From Patescibacteria group bacterium (GTDB lineage: Bacteria; Patescibacteriota; Minisyncoccia; Phycocordibacterales; Phycocordibacteraceae), in the NCBI GenBank assembly GCA_004296925.1, contig SCVI01000037.1, positions 1-44,923 of the forward strand: a DNA stretch of 44,923 nt, given 5' to 3'. The notes under the pieces were generated by a model. It saw nothing but the letters and a program-made list of their open reading frames with translations. It did not search any database and was not told the origin of the DNA. The position numbers were made by a program, and so were the translations under genes. Shown here piece after piece: positions 1 through 8,548 of this stretch; position 1 is the first letter of the stretch, and each line of letters begins with the position of its first letter.

Positions 1-78
1 ATTTATAATCTCGTTAAAAACCACCGAGTCAATACACAATCAAAAGTGGATATAGAGAGTATAGCTGAAGCTCTATAA
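1..78 (+). CDS. Possible 3' end of a gene entering from outside the window (…IYNLVKNHRVNTQSKVDIESIAEAL*)
   Basis: Frame 1 is open from base 1 to tandem stops TAA TAG at 76-81 and converges on trmD; too short to identify. Confidence 0.3.
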   Translation: MYNLVKNHRVNTQSKVDIESIAEAL

Positions 79-82
79 TAGG

Positions 83-751
83 TCAACCTTCCTTACCGCC
101 TCTTTTCCACTCTTCAATTTTGGCATGGTTTCCTGAAAGGAGTACTTTTGGAACGGAGTGATTCTTCCCTGCCCATTTCAAAACTTCAGGTCTTGTATAC
201 ACCTCGGAGCTTGCTACCCTCTCTTCCTCTATAGACTCAAACGAACCCAAAACCCCCGGGATTTGCCGTGATACTGCATCAATAACAACCATAGCTGGTA
301 ACTCGCCTCCTGTAAGCGTATATGAACCGATGGAGATTGGTTTTGCTTTAAGAATTTTCTGAACCCTCGCATCAATACCTTCATAGTGTCCGCATATCAA
401 CACTATGTTGGACCTCGTAGGTCCAACATTTCTAGCGAGCGCTCTGGCATCTGTGTTGGTAAATTGTTTACCTGAGGCGTCAAAAAAATAAACTACACCT
501 TTTTTTCTTCCAAGTGCTTTTTTAACCGCCTTCAAAAAAGGTTCTGCTTCAAGCACCATACCTGGGCCTCCGCCGTATGGTCTTTGGTCAACTCTATGCC
601 ATTTATTTTTAGTAAAATCGCGTGGATTATAAAATTTAACTTTAATCCACTTATCCTTAATTGCTCGCCCGATAATAGAAGCCTCAAGGTACGAAGTGAG
701 TGCGTCAGGAAAAAGCGTCACTACATGAAATGTAATCGGAGATTTTTTCAT
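83..751 (-). CDS. trmD: tRNA (guanine-N1)-methyltransferase TrmD
   Basis: Motifs FHVVTLFP, VDQRPYGGGPGMVL, LICGHYEGIDARV, SIGSYTLTGGELPAM, YTRPE, VPKVLLSGNHAKIEEW. Confidence 0.97.
   Translation of the reverse strand: MKKSPITFHVVTLFPDALTSYLEASIIGRAIKDKWIKVKFYNPRDFTKNKWHRVDQRPYGGGPGMVLEAEPFLKAVKKALGRKKGVVYFFDASGKQFTNTDARALARNVGPTRSNIVLICGHYEGIDARVQKILKAKPISIGSYTLTGGELPAMVVIDAVSRQIPGVLGSFESIEEERVASSEVYTRPEVLKWAGKNHSVPKVLLSGNHAKIEEWKRGGKEG
405..429. repeat. 25-bp intragenic hairpin, copy 1 (in trmD)
   Basis: ATGTTGGACCT-CGT-AGGTCCAACAT. Confidence 0.85.
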
Positions 752-757
752 TGAAAT

Positions 758-934
758 TTATACATCTATATCAAGAATGGTTCCTTTGCCATCCTCCCGG
801 TTTCGTGGTCGAGGTGTTGTAGGAGCTTCTGGTTTTTTATTTCCCACTTTCTTTCCTCCACGTTCTTGATCGCGAGGTCTCTGAAATGGAAATCCTGTTC
901 CTTCTGAAGGGTTGAGTGGACCAATTCGTATCAT
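758..934 (-). CDS. Small hypothetical protein (58 aa, MIRIGPLNPSEG…KGTILDIDV)
   Basis: ATG at 934 preceded 6 nt upstream by TATAGT; fills the gap between the khpA terminator and trmD. The longer 758..1147 ORF overlaps khpA and is unlikely. Confidence 0.5.
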   Translation of the reverse strand: MIRIGPLNPSEGTGFPFQRPRDQERGGKKVGNKKPEAPTTPRPRNREDGKGTILDIDV

Positions 935-964
935 AGTAAAACTATACCTTAGGTTAGAAATATT

Positions 965-990
965 AAAACACCCGCTGTTGCGGGTGTTTT
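965..990. terminator. Intrinsic terminator downstream of khpA (symmetric)
   Basis: AAAACACCCGC-TGTT-GCGGGTGTTTT, 11-bp perfect stem with A/T tails. Confidence 0.8.
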
Positions 991-1007
991 TGTGAAACCC
1001 AAAAATA

Positions 1008-1418
1008 CTAGAGTCGTAAATCTTCAAGCGCTTCATCAACTGAACGGGACGCAGATCCTTGTGGAGCTTCGCGTTGTACTTCAGGAGTTCTTTCAGAACT
1101 TCCTCCAAATGAACTACCTGATGGAGCGTTTGATGAAAAAGAACCACTACTCATTGGTCGCGAGCTTCCTGCGGGTTCATTAATCTTTAGGTTTACACGT
1201 GCGTTGTTTTTCATACCAACAACACGAAGAAGAATACGGACAGCTTTTGCCGTATTACCAGAGCGACCAATTACCTTACCCATATCTGCCGGATTTACAT
1301 CGAGCGTGAGCAAAACACCCATTTCATCTACCTGACGATTTACTTTTACATCTGACGGGTTGTCGACAAGCATTTTGACGACGTATTCTAGAAACTCCTG
1401 ATCCTGATAATTATCCAT
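1008..1418 (-). CDS. khpA: KH-domain RNA-binding protein KhpA/YlqC with Ser-rich C-terminal tail
   Basis: FLEYVVKMLVDNP…DMGKVIGRSGNTAKAVRILL (KH GxxG loop); lies in the rpsP-trmD neighbourhood. Confidence 0.9.
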   Translation of the reverse strand: MDNYQDQEFLEYVVKMLVDNPSDVKVNRQVDEMGVLLTLDVNPADMGKVIGRSGNTAKAVRILLRVVGMKNNARVNLKINEPAGSSRPMSSGSFSSNAPSGSSFGGSSERTPEVQREAPQGSASRSVDEALEDLRL

Positions 1419-1592
1419 ACGGAATATAGTGACCTGATAAAAAGAGCCAGTAATGACTTACTCTTCCAGTATTATGCGGAACCAGGGTTCGGTCAACCCC
1501 ATAGTAAAGGTGATTTTGACGGAGCACTCCGTCGTCTTTGGTAATAGCTATAGGTACACCTTTTATACTGAGCAATGTATACTCATTTCTAG

Positions 1593-2999
1593 ATGCAGTC
1601 GCCACCCACAACGCTCATAATCTTTGGAGCTACCGGCGACCTCACGGTACGCAAAATCATACCGTCTCTCTATTTCCTTTTTGAAAATTCTCGTCTCCCT
1701 GCGAATTTCAGTGTCATTGGTGTTTCAAGACGCGACATGTCGGGTAACGCATTTCGTGATTTTGTTGCCGGAGTACTTACTAATTCATCACGTGGGAATT
1801 TAGATTACAGAAGTTTGGATCGTTTTCTCGATATTTTTACGTACAGCAAAGTTGAGTTCCAAGAAGAGGCAGGTTACCAAGAACTCGCGCGAACTCTCGA
1901 CATGCGTGATCGTTCTCACGGAAAAACAAACCGACTTCTCTATATGGCAGTTCCTCCCACTATCTTCCCTACCATCTTTGCGCACAGCGGTTTCAAAAAA
2001 ATTATTGAAGGTGGCTCAGTGGGAGGACTCCTCGCAAGAGTCATAGTTGAAAAACCATTTGGTGAAGATGCCGCGTCTGCACAATCGCTCGAGCAATTAC
2101 TCTCCACTTGTTTTACAGAAGATCAAATTTACAGAGTCGATCATTACTTAGCAAAAGATATTCTCCAACAAATTGTTGACTTTCGTTTCGCAAATAATCT
2201 TTTCGAAGAAAGTTGGGACAAAGACGCTATCGAATCTGTTCACATTCGTTTATGGGAAACATTAGGAATTGAAAAACGAGGAAATTTTTACGATAAGATA
2301 GGGACGTTCAAAGACGTAGGTCAGAATCATATGCTGGAAATGCTTGCTCTTGCCACTATGGATGCACCAAAAAGCTTCGATGCTCAAGACTTGAGAGCAG
2401 AAAGAATTAAAGTGCTTCAAAAACTTCGACCTCCTCAGGAAAAAGACATGGCAACTCATGCATTTCGTGCGCAACATGAAGGATATAGATCTATTGAGGG
2501 CGTAGACCCAAACTCAACTACAGAAACATACTTTGCTGTTCGAGCAGAGATTGACTCTCCTCGATGGAGCGGGGTTTCTATTTTTTTAGAATCTGGAAAA
2601 CGTATGCATGAGGCACGGAAAGAAATTATTGTTACGTTTAAAAAACCATTTCAAAACACCATCACCTTTCGCATCGAACCACGCGAAGAAATGATAATTG
2701 AGTTTATGTCAAAGAAGCGAGGAATCTTTGAGGAAGGTAGAAAGAAACGGGAGTTTCGGTTTTCTCTTCACGAAATGGATGCAGGAAAGCAGTACCTAGC
2801 AGAGTACGGAAAAATGATTATTGAGGCAATTGAAGGTGATCAAAAGCTTTTCTTAAATAAAGAAGAAGTAGCTGCCGCGTGGCATTTTACCGACCCTATT
2901 ATAAATGCTTGGAAAAAGAACCTCGTCCCCCTTGCTTCGTACGTTCCCGGAAGTGACGAAGCAATCCATTCTTTTACTCAAAACCCAAATATGCTTTAA
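1593..2999 (+). CDS. zwf: Glucose-6-phosphate 1-dehydrogenase
   Basis: IFGATGDL, IVEKPFG, YRVDHYLAK, DVGQNHML, TETY, RWSGV…SGKRM. Confidence 0.95.
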   Translation: MQSPPTTLIIFGATGDLTVRKIIPSLYFLFENSRLPANFSVIGVSRRDMSGNAFRDFVAGVLTNSSRGNLDYRSLDRFLDIFTYSKVEFQEEAGYQELARTLDMRDRSHGKTNRLLYMAVPPTIFPTIFAHSGFKKIIEGGSVGGLLARVIVEKPFGEDAASAQSLEQLLSTCFTEDQIYRVDHYLAKDILQQIVDFRFANNLFEESWDKDAIESVHIRLWETLGIEKRGNFYDKIGTFKDVGQNHMLEMLALATMDAPKSFDAQDLRAERIKVLQKLRPPQEKDMATHAFRAQHEGYRSIEGVDPNSTTETYFAVRAEIDSPRWSGVSIFLESGKRMHEARKEIIVTFKKPFQNTITFRIEPREEMIIEFMSKKRGIFEEGRKKREFRFSLHEMDAGKQYLAEYGKMIIEAIEGDQKLFLNKEEVAAAWHFTDPIINAWKKNLVPLASYVPGSDEAIHSFTQNPNML

Positions 3000-3028
3000 T
3001 CAAATTAATATCCAATTTACATATCGAT

Positions 3029-3949
3029 ATGAATAAAGAACTCGCGATAGTTGGACTTGGGAAAATGGGTTCCAATATGGCACGCCGAATGATGGAAGAA
3101 GGTTGGCATGTTGTTGGTATCGATAAGAATCCAGAAACTGCGAAAGCTCTTGAAGCCGAAGGAATTAAAGCAGTCGATTCATACGCTGAAATGGCAACTG
3201 CTATGAAGCAAAGAAGAATTGCGTGGCTCTTGGTACCTGCAGGCGAAGCAGTGGATGAAGCACTATTTGCTCCAGGAGGTATTGCAGAGTCCTTTTCTGA
3301 AGGAGATGTGGTGATTGATGGTGGAAACTCTTTTTATAAAGACTCTGAACCACGCGCAAAGAAACTTGCAGAGAAAGGTATTCACTTCATAGACGTTGGT
3401 ACATCTGGTGGGCCTGCTGGCGCGCGAAATGGAGCGTGTCTCATGATTGGAGGTTCGCGTAAAGGTTTTGAAAGTATTGAAGAACTCTTCAAAGATTTTG
3501 CAAAAGAAAACGGATACCAATTCTTTGAAGGAGCTGGAGCAGGACATTTTGTAAAAATGGTTCATAACGGTATTGAGTACGGGATGATGCAAGCCTTAGG
3601 TGAAGGATTTGAGATTATGGAAAAATCGGACTACAAACTTAACCTTACGCGAGTAGCAGATATTTATAACAACGGCTCTGTCATTGAATCTCGCCTCGTA
3701 GGATGGCTAAAAAAAGCGTTCGAAGAAAGAGGTGAAAATTTGAACGGAGTATCAAGTACGGTTTCTCACACGGGCGAGGGCGAATGGACGGTTAAAACTG
3801 CGCGGGAAATGGGTGTTAATGTGCCTGTAATCCGCGAGTCGTTTGATTATCGAGTGCAGTCTGCAAACAATCCCAGATACACAGGGAAAGTGGTATCAGC
3901 GCTCCGCGAACAATTTGGAGGACATGATGTTAAAGAAAAATCCGCGTAA
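3029..3949 (+). CDS. gnd: 6-phosphogluconate dehydrogenase, short-chain (YqeC/GntZ) type
   Basis: VGLGKMG, IDGGNS, DVGTSGG, GAGHFVKMVHNGIEYG, GEGEWT, SALREQFGGH; follows zwf. Confidence 0.93.
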   Translation: MNKELAIVGLGKMGSNMARRMMEEGWHVVGIDKNPETAKALEAEGIKAVDSYAEMATAMKQRRIAWLLVPAGEAVDEALFAPGGIAESFSEGDVVIDGGNSFYKDSEPRAKKLAEKGIHFIDVGTSGGPAGARNGACLMIGGSRKGFESIEELFKDFAKENGYQFFEGAGAGHFVKMVHNGIEYGMMQALGEGFEIMEKSDYKLNLTRVADIYNNGSVIESRLVGWLKKAFEERGENLNGVSSTVSHTGEGEWTVKTAREMGVNVPVIRESFDYRVQSANNPRYTGKVVSALREQFGGHDVKEKSA

Positions 3950-3961
3950 TGCGGATTTTTT
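3936..3961. terminator. Bidirectional intrinsic terminator carrying the gnd stop codon in its loop
   Basis: AAAAATCCGC-GTAAT-GCGGATTTTT between convergent genes. Confidence 0.8.
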
Positions 3962-4127
3962 ATTGCTTTGTTCGTTCGGTTCTAATCTCACCAATAATTA
4001 CTCTTATAAGATCCCTGGCGCTTTCAACTGGACGAGGTTTGCCTTCCAAATGCCTCATAGGAAGCACATCTCTGAGTTCTTGTTCTAAATCTGAAAGAGT
4101 TGGCGTAGGGCGAACCTCAAATGCCAT
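3960..4127 (-). CDS. Small hypothetical protein (55 aa, MAFEVRPTPTLSDLEQELRDVLPMRHLEGKPRPVESARDLIRVIIGEIRTERTKQ)
   Basis: Translated by hand (below the ORF-track cutoff); starts 5 nt after the rpsP stop and ends at the terminator. Confidence 0.55.
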   Translation of the reverse strand: MAFEVRPTPTLSDLEQELRDVLPMRHLEGKPRPVESARDLIRVIIGEIRTERTKQ

Positions 4128-4132
4128 GTAAG

Positions 4133-4564
4133 TTATGCAGCGGGAGTTTCCTCTGCTGGAGTTTCTTCTGCTGGATTTTCTTCAGCAACTACTGATTCAG
4201 CAGGTGCCGCCTCTTCAACAGGAGTTTCTGCTACTTCAGCGGGTGCTACCGACGCAGCCTTTACTTCTTCAGCTGGAGCTTCTTTTACGATAGGAGTTTT
4301 CTTTCCAAGTACGTTAACCTTCTTACCTTCTATAACTCCCTTCGTGATGAAAAGATTGTTTACAGTTCCTGAAAGCTGAGCGCCTTTTGAAATCCAGTGT
4401 TTTGAGCGTTCCGCATCAATAACAGTGTGTTTAGTTTTTGGATTGTGTGAACCTAAAATCTCAAGCGGATTACCTGCCTTTGGACTTCTCTGTTTCTCAA
4501 GTACAACAATACGGAATGATGGATCATTCTTGCGACCGACGCGCTGAAATCTGATTGTAAGCAT
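4133..4564 (-). CDS. rpsP: 30S ribosomal protein S16 with acidic Ala/Glu/Pro-rich C-terminal extension
   Basis: MLTIRFQRVGRKNDPSFRIVV…GSHNP…WISKGAQLS; start ATG placed at 4564. Confidence 0.95.
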   Translation of the reverse strand: MLTIRFQRVGRKNDPSFRIVVLEKQRSPKAGNPLEILGSHNPKTKHTVIDAERSKHWISKGAQLSGTVNNLFITKGVIEGKKVNVLGKKTPIVKEAPAEEVKAASVAPAEVAETPVEEAAPAESVVAEENPAEETPAEETPAA

Positions 4565-4605
4565 AGGAGAGACTCTACCAAGAAAGCACCAAAAGGTCAA
4601 AGATA

Positions 4606-4905
4606 TTAGAACCCTGGACCATCACGGCGCCCTATATCTTGCTCCATGTGATACATTTCCATGCCAGTTAAATTGTGCCGTCTTTGAAAGTCTTTCAGCA
4701 ATCGACGACGCGCTGGTATAGTAATCTCCCCTAAATTTTCAAACTTAAAAGGTGAAATAATTGGTAAAAAGAGACCTACTATCACATTACGCTGGGATAG
4801 CCGTTCCCGCTTCTTTTCTATACGCTTATGTGTTGCTTGGCGCAGTCTAAAAATAATAGATCGAACACGTCCTTGATACTGCCAGGTTCGATCTTCATCT
4901 TCCAT
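4606..4905 (-). CDS. Hypothetical basic protein (about 99 aa)
   Basis: ORF from ATG 4905 (MEDEDRTWQY…); no recognised motif. Confidence 0.45.
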   Translation of the reverse strand: MEDEDRTWQYQGRVRSIIFRLRQATHKRIEKKRERLSQRNVIVGLFLPIISPFKFENLGEITIPARRRLLKDFQRRHNLTGMEMYHMEQDIGRRDGPGF

Positions 4906-4962
4906 ATTTTCAAAGTAAAACAGAACTAACGCTATGTCAATATCTGTGCTATACTGCCACAA

Positions 4963-6900
4963 ATGCCAAAGCATACTAAAAAGACTGCCGCTTCACATAC
5001 AAAAAAGAAGGTAGAACCGAAAAAAACAAACCGAATAGAAACCGTTATTTCCGTTACCAGGAGTGGTAAAGGATTTCTTCTTGTGCCCGATGGCGACGTG
5101 GTGGTATTTCGTGAAAACTTAGGGGGTGCCCTTTCTGGAGACCTAGTGGAAGCATTGATTACTCCTCGCGGAAAAACGAAAATAGGTCGCGTGCTTAAAG
5201 TACTTGAAAGAAAAACAAATTCTTTTGTTGGCGACATTGTTAAAACTCCAAAAGGAATGATGTTACGTCCCGACGATGGTCGTGTATATTTTGACTTTTT
5301 AATTGTAGGGAGCAGTGGTGCTCCAGAAGGACACAAAGCAGTCTTGGACATTTTGGATTGGAACACTCCTACACCACAAGGAAACATCAGAACCGTCATT
5401 GGTCCTGCTGGTAATCATGAGGTGGAAATGCAAGCAATCGTTCTTAGTAAAGGATTCGAAAGCGGCTTTCCTGAAGCAGTCTTAAGAGAGGCGGAATCGT
5501 TGTATGAGCGCGCATGGGATGAAAAAGAAATAAAATCGAGACGCGATTTTAGAGAAACACTGACCTTCACCATAGACCCTGAAACTGCAAAAGATTTTGA
5601 CGATGCAATTTCTTACGCACCACATCCTGATGGAAGTATGGAAATAGGTATTCATATTGCTGACGTTACCTATTTTGTACGACCCGGCACACTCATTGAA
5701 AAAGAATCCTATAAAAGAGCAACTTCTGTCTACTTGGTCGACAGAACCGTACCTATGCTCCCGCCACAACTCTCTGAAGATTTGTGCAGTTTAAAACCAG
5801 ACGTAGACCGACTTGCCTTTTCAGCAATCTTTACAATAAAAAACAATAGAGTTGTTAGTGAGTGGTACGGAAGAACCATCATTCGTTCACAAAAAAGATT
5901 CACCTACGAGCAAGCTGACACTACACTCAAAGATGCATCGCTTCCCCTCCATACTGAATTAAATGCAGTCTGGAAATTTGCATCAAAACTTCGTACCGAT
6001 AGATTTGAACAGGGCGCAATTATGTTTGGCTCTGACGAAATTAAACCTCTCGTTGATGAAAATGGCGTGGTTACGGGATTTAAACGCTCAGAATACACCG
6101 AGTCACACCAACTAATCGAAGAGTTGATGCTCCTTGCAAACCGTTCTGTTGCTACATTTGTATCAAAAAAATTAGGAGCTAAGAGCAGACTGTTTGTATA
6201 TCGTATCCACGATGTACCTAACGCCGAAAAACTAGAAGAGCTTTCAGTATTCCTTAGAGCTATCGGCTACCAGCTTGAAAATCCTAACAAAGCAACAGGA
6301 AGAGATATAAATAAATTGCTCAAAGAAGTATCTGGTAAAACAGAAGAACGACTTATAAAAACAGCCACTATCCGTTCAATGGCAAAAGCCGTTTACACCA
6401 CAAAAAATGTTGGGCATTACGGTCTCGCCTTTGAAAACTATGCTCACTTCACCTCCCCTATTCGTAGATACCCAGACACCATGGTGCATCGCATGCTCGC
6501 TAAAATATTGAATGGTGAGAAAGTGACTGATGACCCAGCTGAGCAAGAGCGAAGAGCTGTCCACGCATCAGAGCGTGAAGTATCAGCAGCTGAGGCCGAA
6601 CGCGCAAGCGTCAAAATGAAGCAAGTCGAATACTTTGCCAACCTTATTGGCAAGGAACGAGAAGGAGTTGTTTCTGGTGTTACGGAATGGGGTATTTATG
6701 TAAGCGACAATGAAACTGCAGCTGATGGCATGGTTCGCCTCACAACACTCACAAACGACACGTATGAATACAACCCAAAAAAATATGCAGCTGTTGGATC
6801 AAATCCTACAAACATCATTCGTCTTGGTGATCCTGTTCGCTTTGTTGTAGAGCGCGCCGACCTAGAACAACACACGCTCGACTTCAGACTATTGATCTAA
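4963..6900 (+). CDS. rnr: Ribonuclease R
   Basis: RNB motifs TIDPETAKDFDDA, IHIADV, RATSVYL, IEELMLLAN, HFTSPIRRYPD; C-terminal S1 domain. Confidence 0.95.
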   Translation: MPKHTKKTAASHTKKKVEPKKTNRIETVISVTRSGKGFLLVPDGDVVVFRENLGGALSGDLVEALITPRGKTKIGRVLKVLERKTNSFVGDIVKTPKGMMLRPDDGRVYFDFLIVGSSGAPEGHKAVLDILDWNTPTPQGNIRTVIGPAGNHEVEMQAIVLSKGFESGFPEAVLREAESLYERAWDEKEIKSRRDFRETLTFTIDPETAKDFDDAISYAPHPDGSMEIGIHIADVTYFVRPGTLIEKESYKRATSVYLVDRTVPMLPPQLSEDLCSLKPDVDRLAFSAIFTIKNNRVVSEWYGRTIIRSQKRFTYEQADTTLKDASLPLHTELNAVWKFASKLRTDRFEQGAIMFGSDEIKPLVDENGVVTGFKRSEYTESHQLIEELMLLANRSVATFVSKKLGAKSRLFVYRIHDVPNAEKLEELSVFLRAIGYQLENPNKATGRDINKLLKEVSGKTEERLIKTATIRSMAKAVYTTKNVGHYGLAFENYAHFTSPIRRYPDTMVHRMLAKILNGEKVTDDPAEQERRAVHASEREVSAAEAERASVKMKQVEYFANLIGKEREGVVSGVTEWGIYVSDNETAADGMVRLTTLTNDTYEYNPKKYAAVGSNPTNIIRLGDPVRFVVERADLEQHTLDFRLLI

Positions 6901-6940
6901 AAGGGGTCTGCGTTATCGAGAATGATGGTGGCTCTACAAA

Positions 6941-7060
6941 TTAAGTGCCACAAACATCGCATAGTCGTACCTTCTTTCCGTGCGAGCATATAGCATTACA
7001 TTCTTCACAAAACGCATGGTGGCGTAAATGAACACAGTAGACTGGATTTCTTTCTGACAT
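6941..7060 (-). CDS. Cys/His-rich microprotein (39 aa) with two CxH-x6-CxxC motifs
   Basis: Hand translation MSERNPVYCVHLRHHAFCEECNAICSHGKKVRLCDVCGT*. Confidence 0.55.
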   Translation of the reverse strand: MSERNPVYCVHLRHHAFCEECNAICSHGKKVRLCDVCGT

Positions 7061-7114
7061 AGTGAAAAAACATAAAGAGATTTAAATAAAGAGACTATTT
7101 GGGGTTATGTAAAA

Positions 7115-7138
7115 ATTTCTGGGCTTATGCCCAGAAAT
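7115..7138. terminator. Hairpin downstream of gdhA, probable terminator
   Basis: ATTTCTGGGC-TTAT-GCCCAGAAAT, 10-bp perfect stem; T-run follows on the minus strand. Confidence 0.6.
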
Positions 7139-7255
7139 AGAAACCGAAAAAATAGAAAGCAACAGCATTGATGATGCCCATCTGGCGAAGATCAATTGCT
7201 ACTGCTTTGGTCATTAAAATAATGCTAACAAGCAGTTCAATGACTGTCAAAATTT

Positions 7256-8530
7256 TTACAATACACCCCTATCGCGCTTTGCTTGCAAAATTCGGTCTGC
7301 AGCTAAGACAAAAGATGAAAGTCTGTACGGTACGCCGTGCTCTTTTGCTGCCTTTGAAACAGAACTCCACGCAACACTCATAACTTCTTTTAGAAGATCA
7401 TTGGTTTCGGTGCGTTTCATCGCTCTCCCTGTTTTTCCTTGAATCCATTCAAAATAAGACACAGTTACTCCGCCCGCATTTGCCAACACATCAGGTATCA
7501 CTGGTATTCCTCTGTTTTCTAATACTTCATCTCCTTCTGTTGTGGTAGGACCGTTAGCAAGTTCTAGCACCACGCTAGCTTTTATTTTTTCAGCGATTTC
7601 TTTTGTAATAACTCCATCAAGCGCAGCAGGAATCAACACATCACACTCCATTGTCAGGACGTCATCCGCCTCCCCGAGCGTTACCCCTTCGGTCTGCAAT
7701 TTACTTTCATCACACACAGAACCTTGGCAATACATGTCACGTATTGATTGTTTTTGATTTTTTATATGAATAAACACGTTAGGATCAATTCCCTTTTCAC
7801 TCATTACAGACCCTTTTGAATCTGCAATCCCAACAATAATAAATCCTCGTTCATGCAGAAGCTGTGCCGCTGTTGCACCTGCATTTCCAAACCCGTGTAC
7901 CGACACCTTCAATCCTTTCCCTTCAATATTTTTCTCAGCGAGATACGCTTCCAACACAAAAACACCACCCATTGCTGTAGCGGTATCTCTCCCAGGGGTA
8001 CCTCCTAACGATAACGGCTTCCCTGTAAAAGTTGCGGGTGCACTTTTACCAATAATTTTTTCATATTCATCGAGCATGATGCCCATGATTTGTGCGTTCG
8101 TATACACGTCAGGTGCGGGCACGTCTATATCCGGCCCTAGGTGTTCATGCATCTCTCTCACAAACTCACGCGCAACAGTGTAGACTTCATCACTTGAATA
8201 CTCCTTCGGATTAAACGTCACACCTCCTTTCCCTCCACCCATAGGAATATCAACAACCGCACACTTAATTGCCATCATTGCAGCTAACGCCTTTACTTCA
8301 TCCAAATCAGCTTTAGGGTGAAATCTTATACCGCCCTTGTAAGGTCCACGCGCATTCGAAAACTGCACACGATACGCAGACAATTCTTGAGCCTTACCAC
8401 CAAGAGTCACTTTCAATTTTTTCTCAATAATACGGTCAGGAGTTTGAAGTGCGTCTGCTTCCTTTTGAGAGAGGTTCAAGAGGTCACCTACTCTGGCGAC
8501 GTTTCTACGATACTGATCAAATGGATTCAT
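7256..8530 (-). CDS. gdhA: Glutamate dehydrogenase (Glu/Leu/Phe/Val dehydrogenase family)
   Basis: GPYKGGIRFHP, GGGKGG, DVPAPDVYT, TGKPLSLGG, GFGNAG, ELANGP, PDVLANAGGVTVSYFEW. Confidence 0.93.
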   Translation of the reverse strand: MNPFDQYRRNVARVGDLLNLSQKEADALQTPDRIIEKKLKVTLGGKAQELSAYRVQFSNARGPYKGGIRFHPKADLDEVKALAAMMAIKCAVVDIPMGGGKGGVTFNPKEYSSDEVYTVAREFVREMHEHLGPDIDVPAPDVYTNAQIMGIMLDEYEKIIGKSAPATFTGKPLSLGGTPGRDTATAMGGVFVLEAYLAEKNIEGKGLKVSVHGFGNAGATAAQLLHERGFIIVGIADSKGSVMSEKGIDPNVFIHIKNQKQSIRDMYCQGSVCDESKLQTEGVTLGEADDVLTMECDVLIPAALDGVITKEIAEKIKASVVLELANGPTTTEGDEVLENRGIPVIPDVLANAGGVTVSYFEWIQGKTGRAMKRTETNDLLKEVMSVAWSSVSKAAKEHGVPYRLSSFVLAADRILQAKRDRGVL

Positions 8531-8548
8531 AATATATCCTCTACTATA

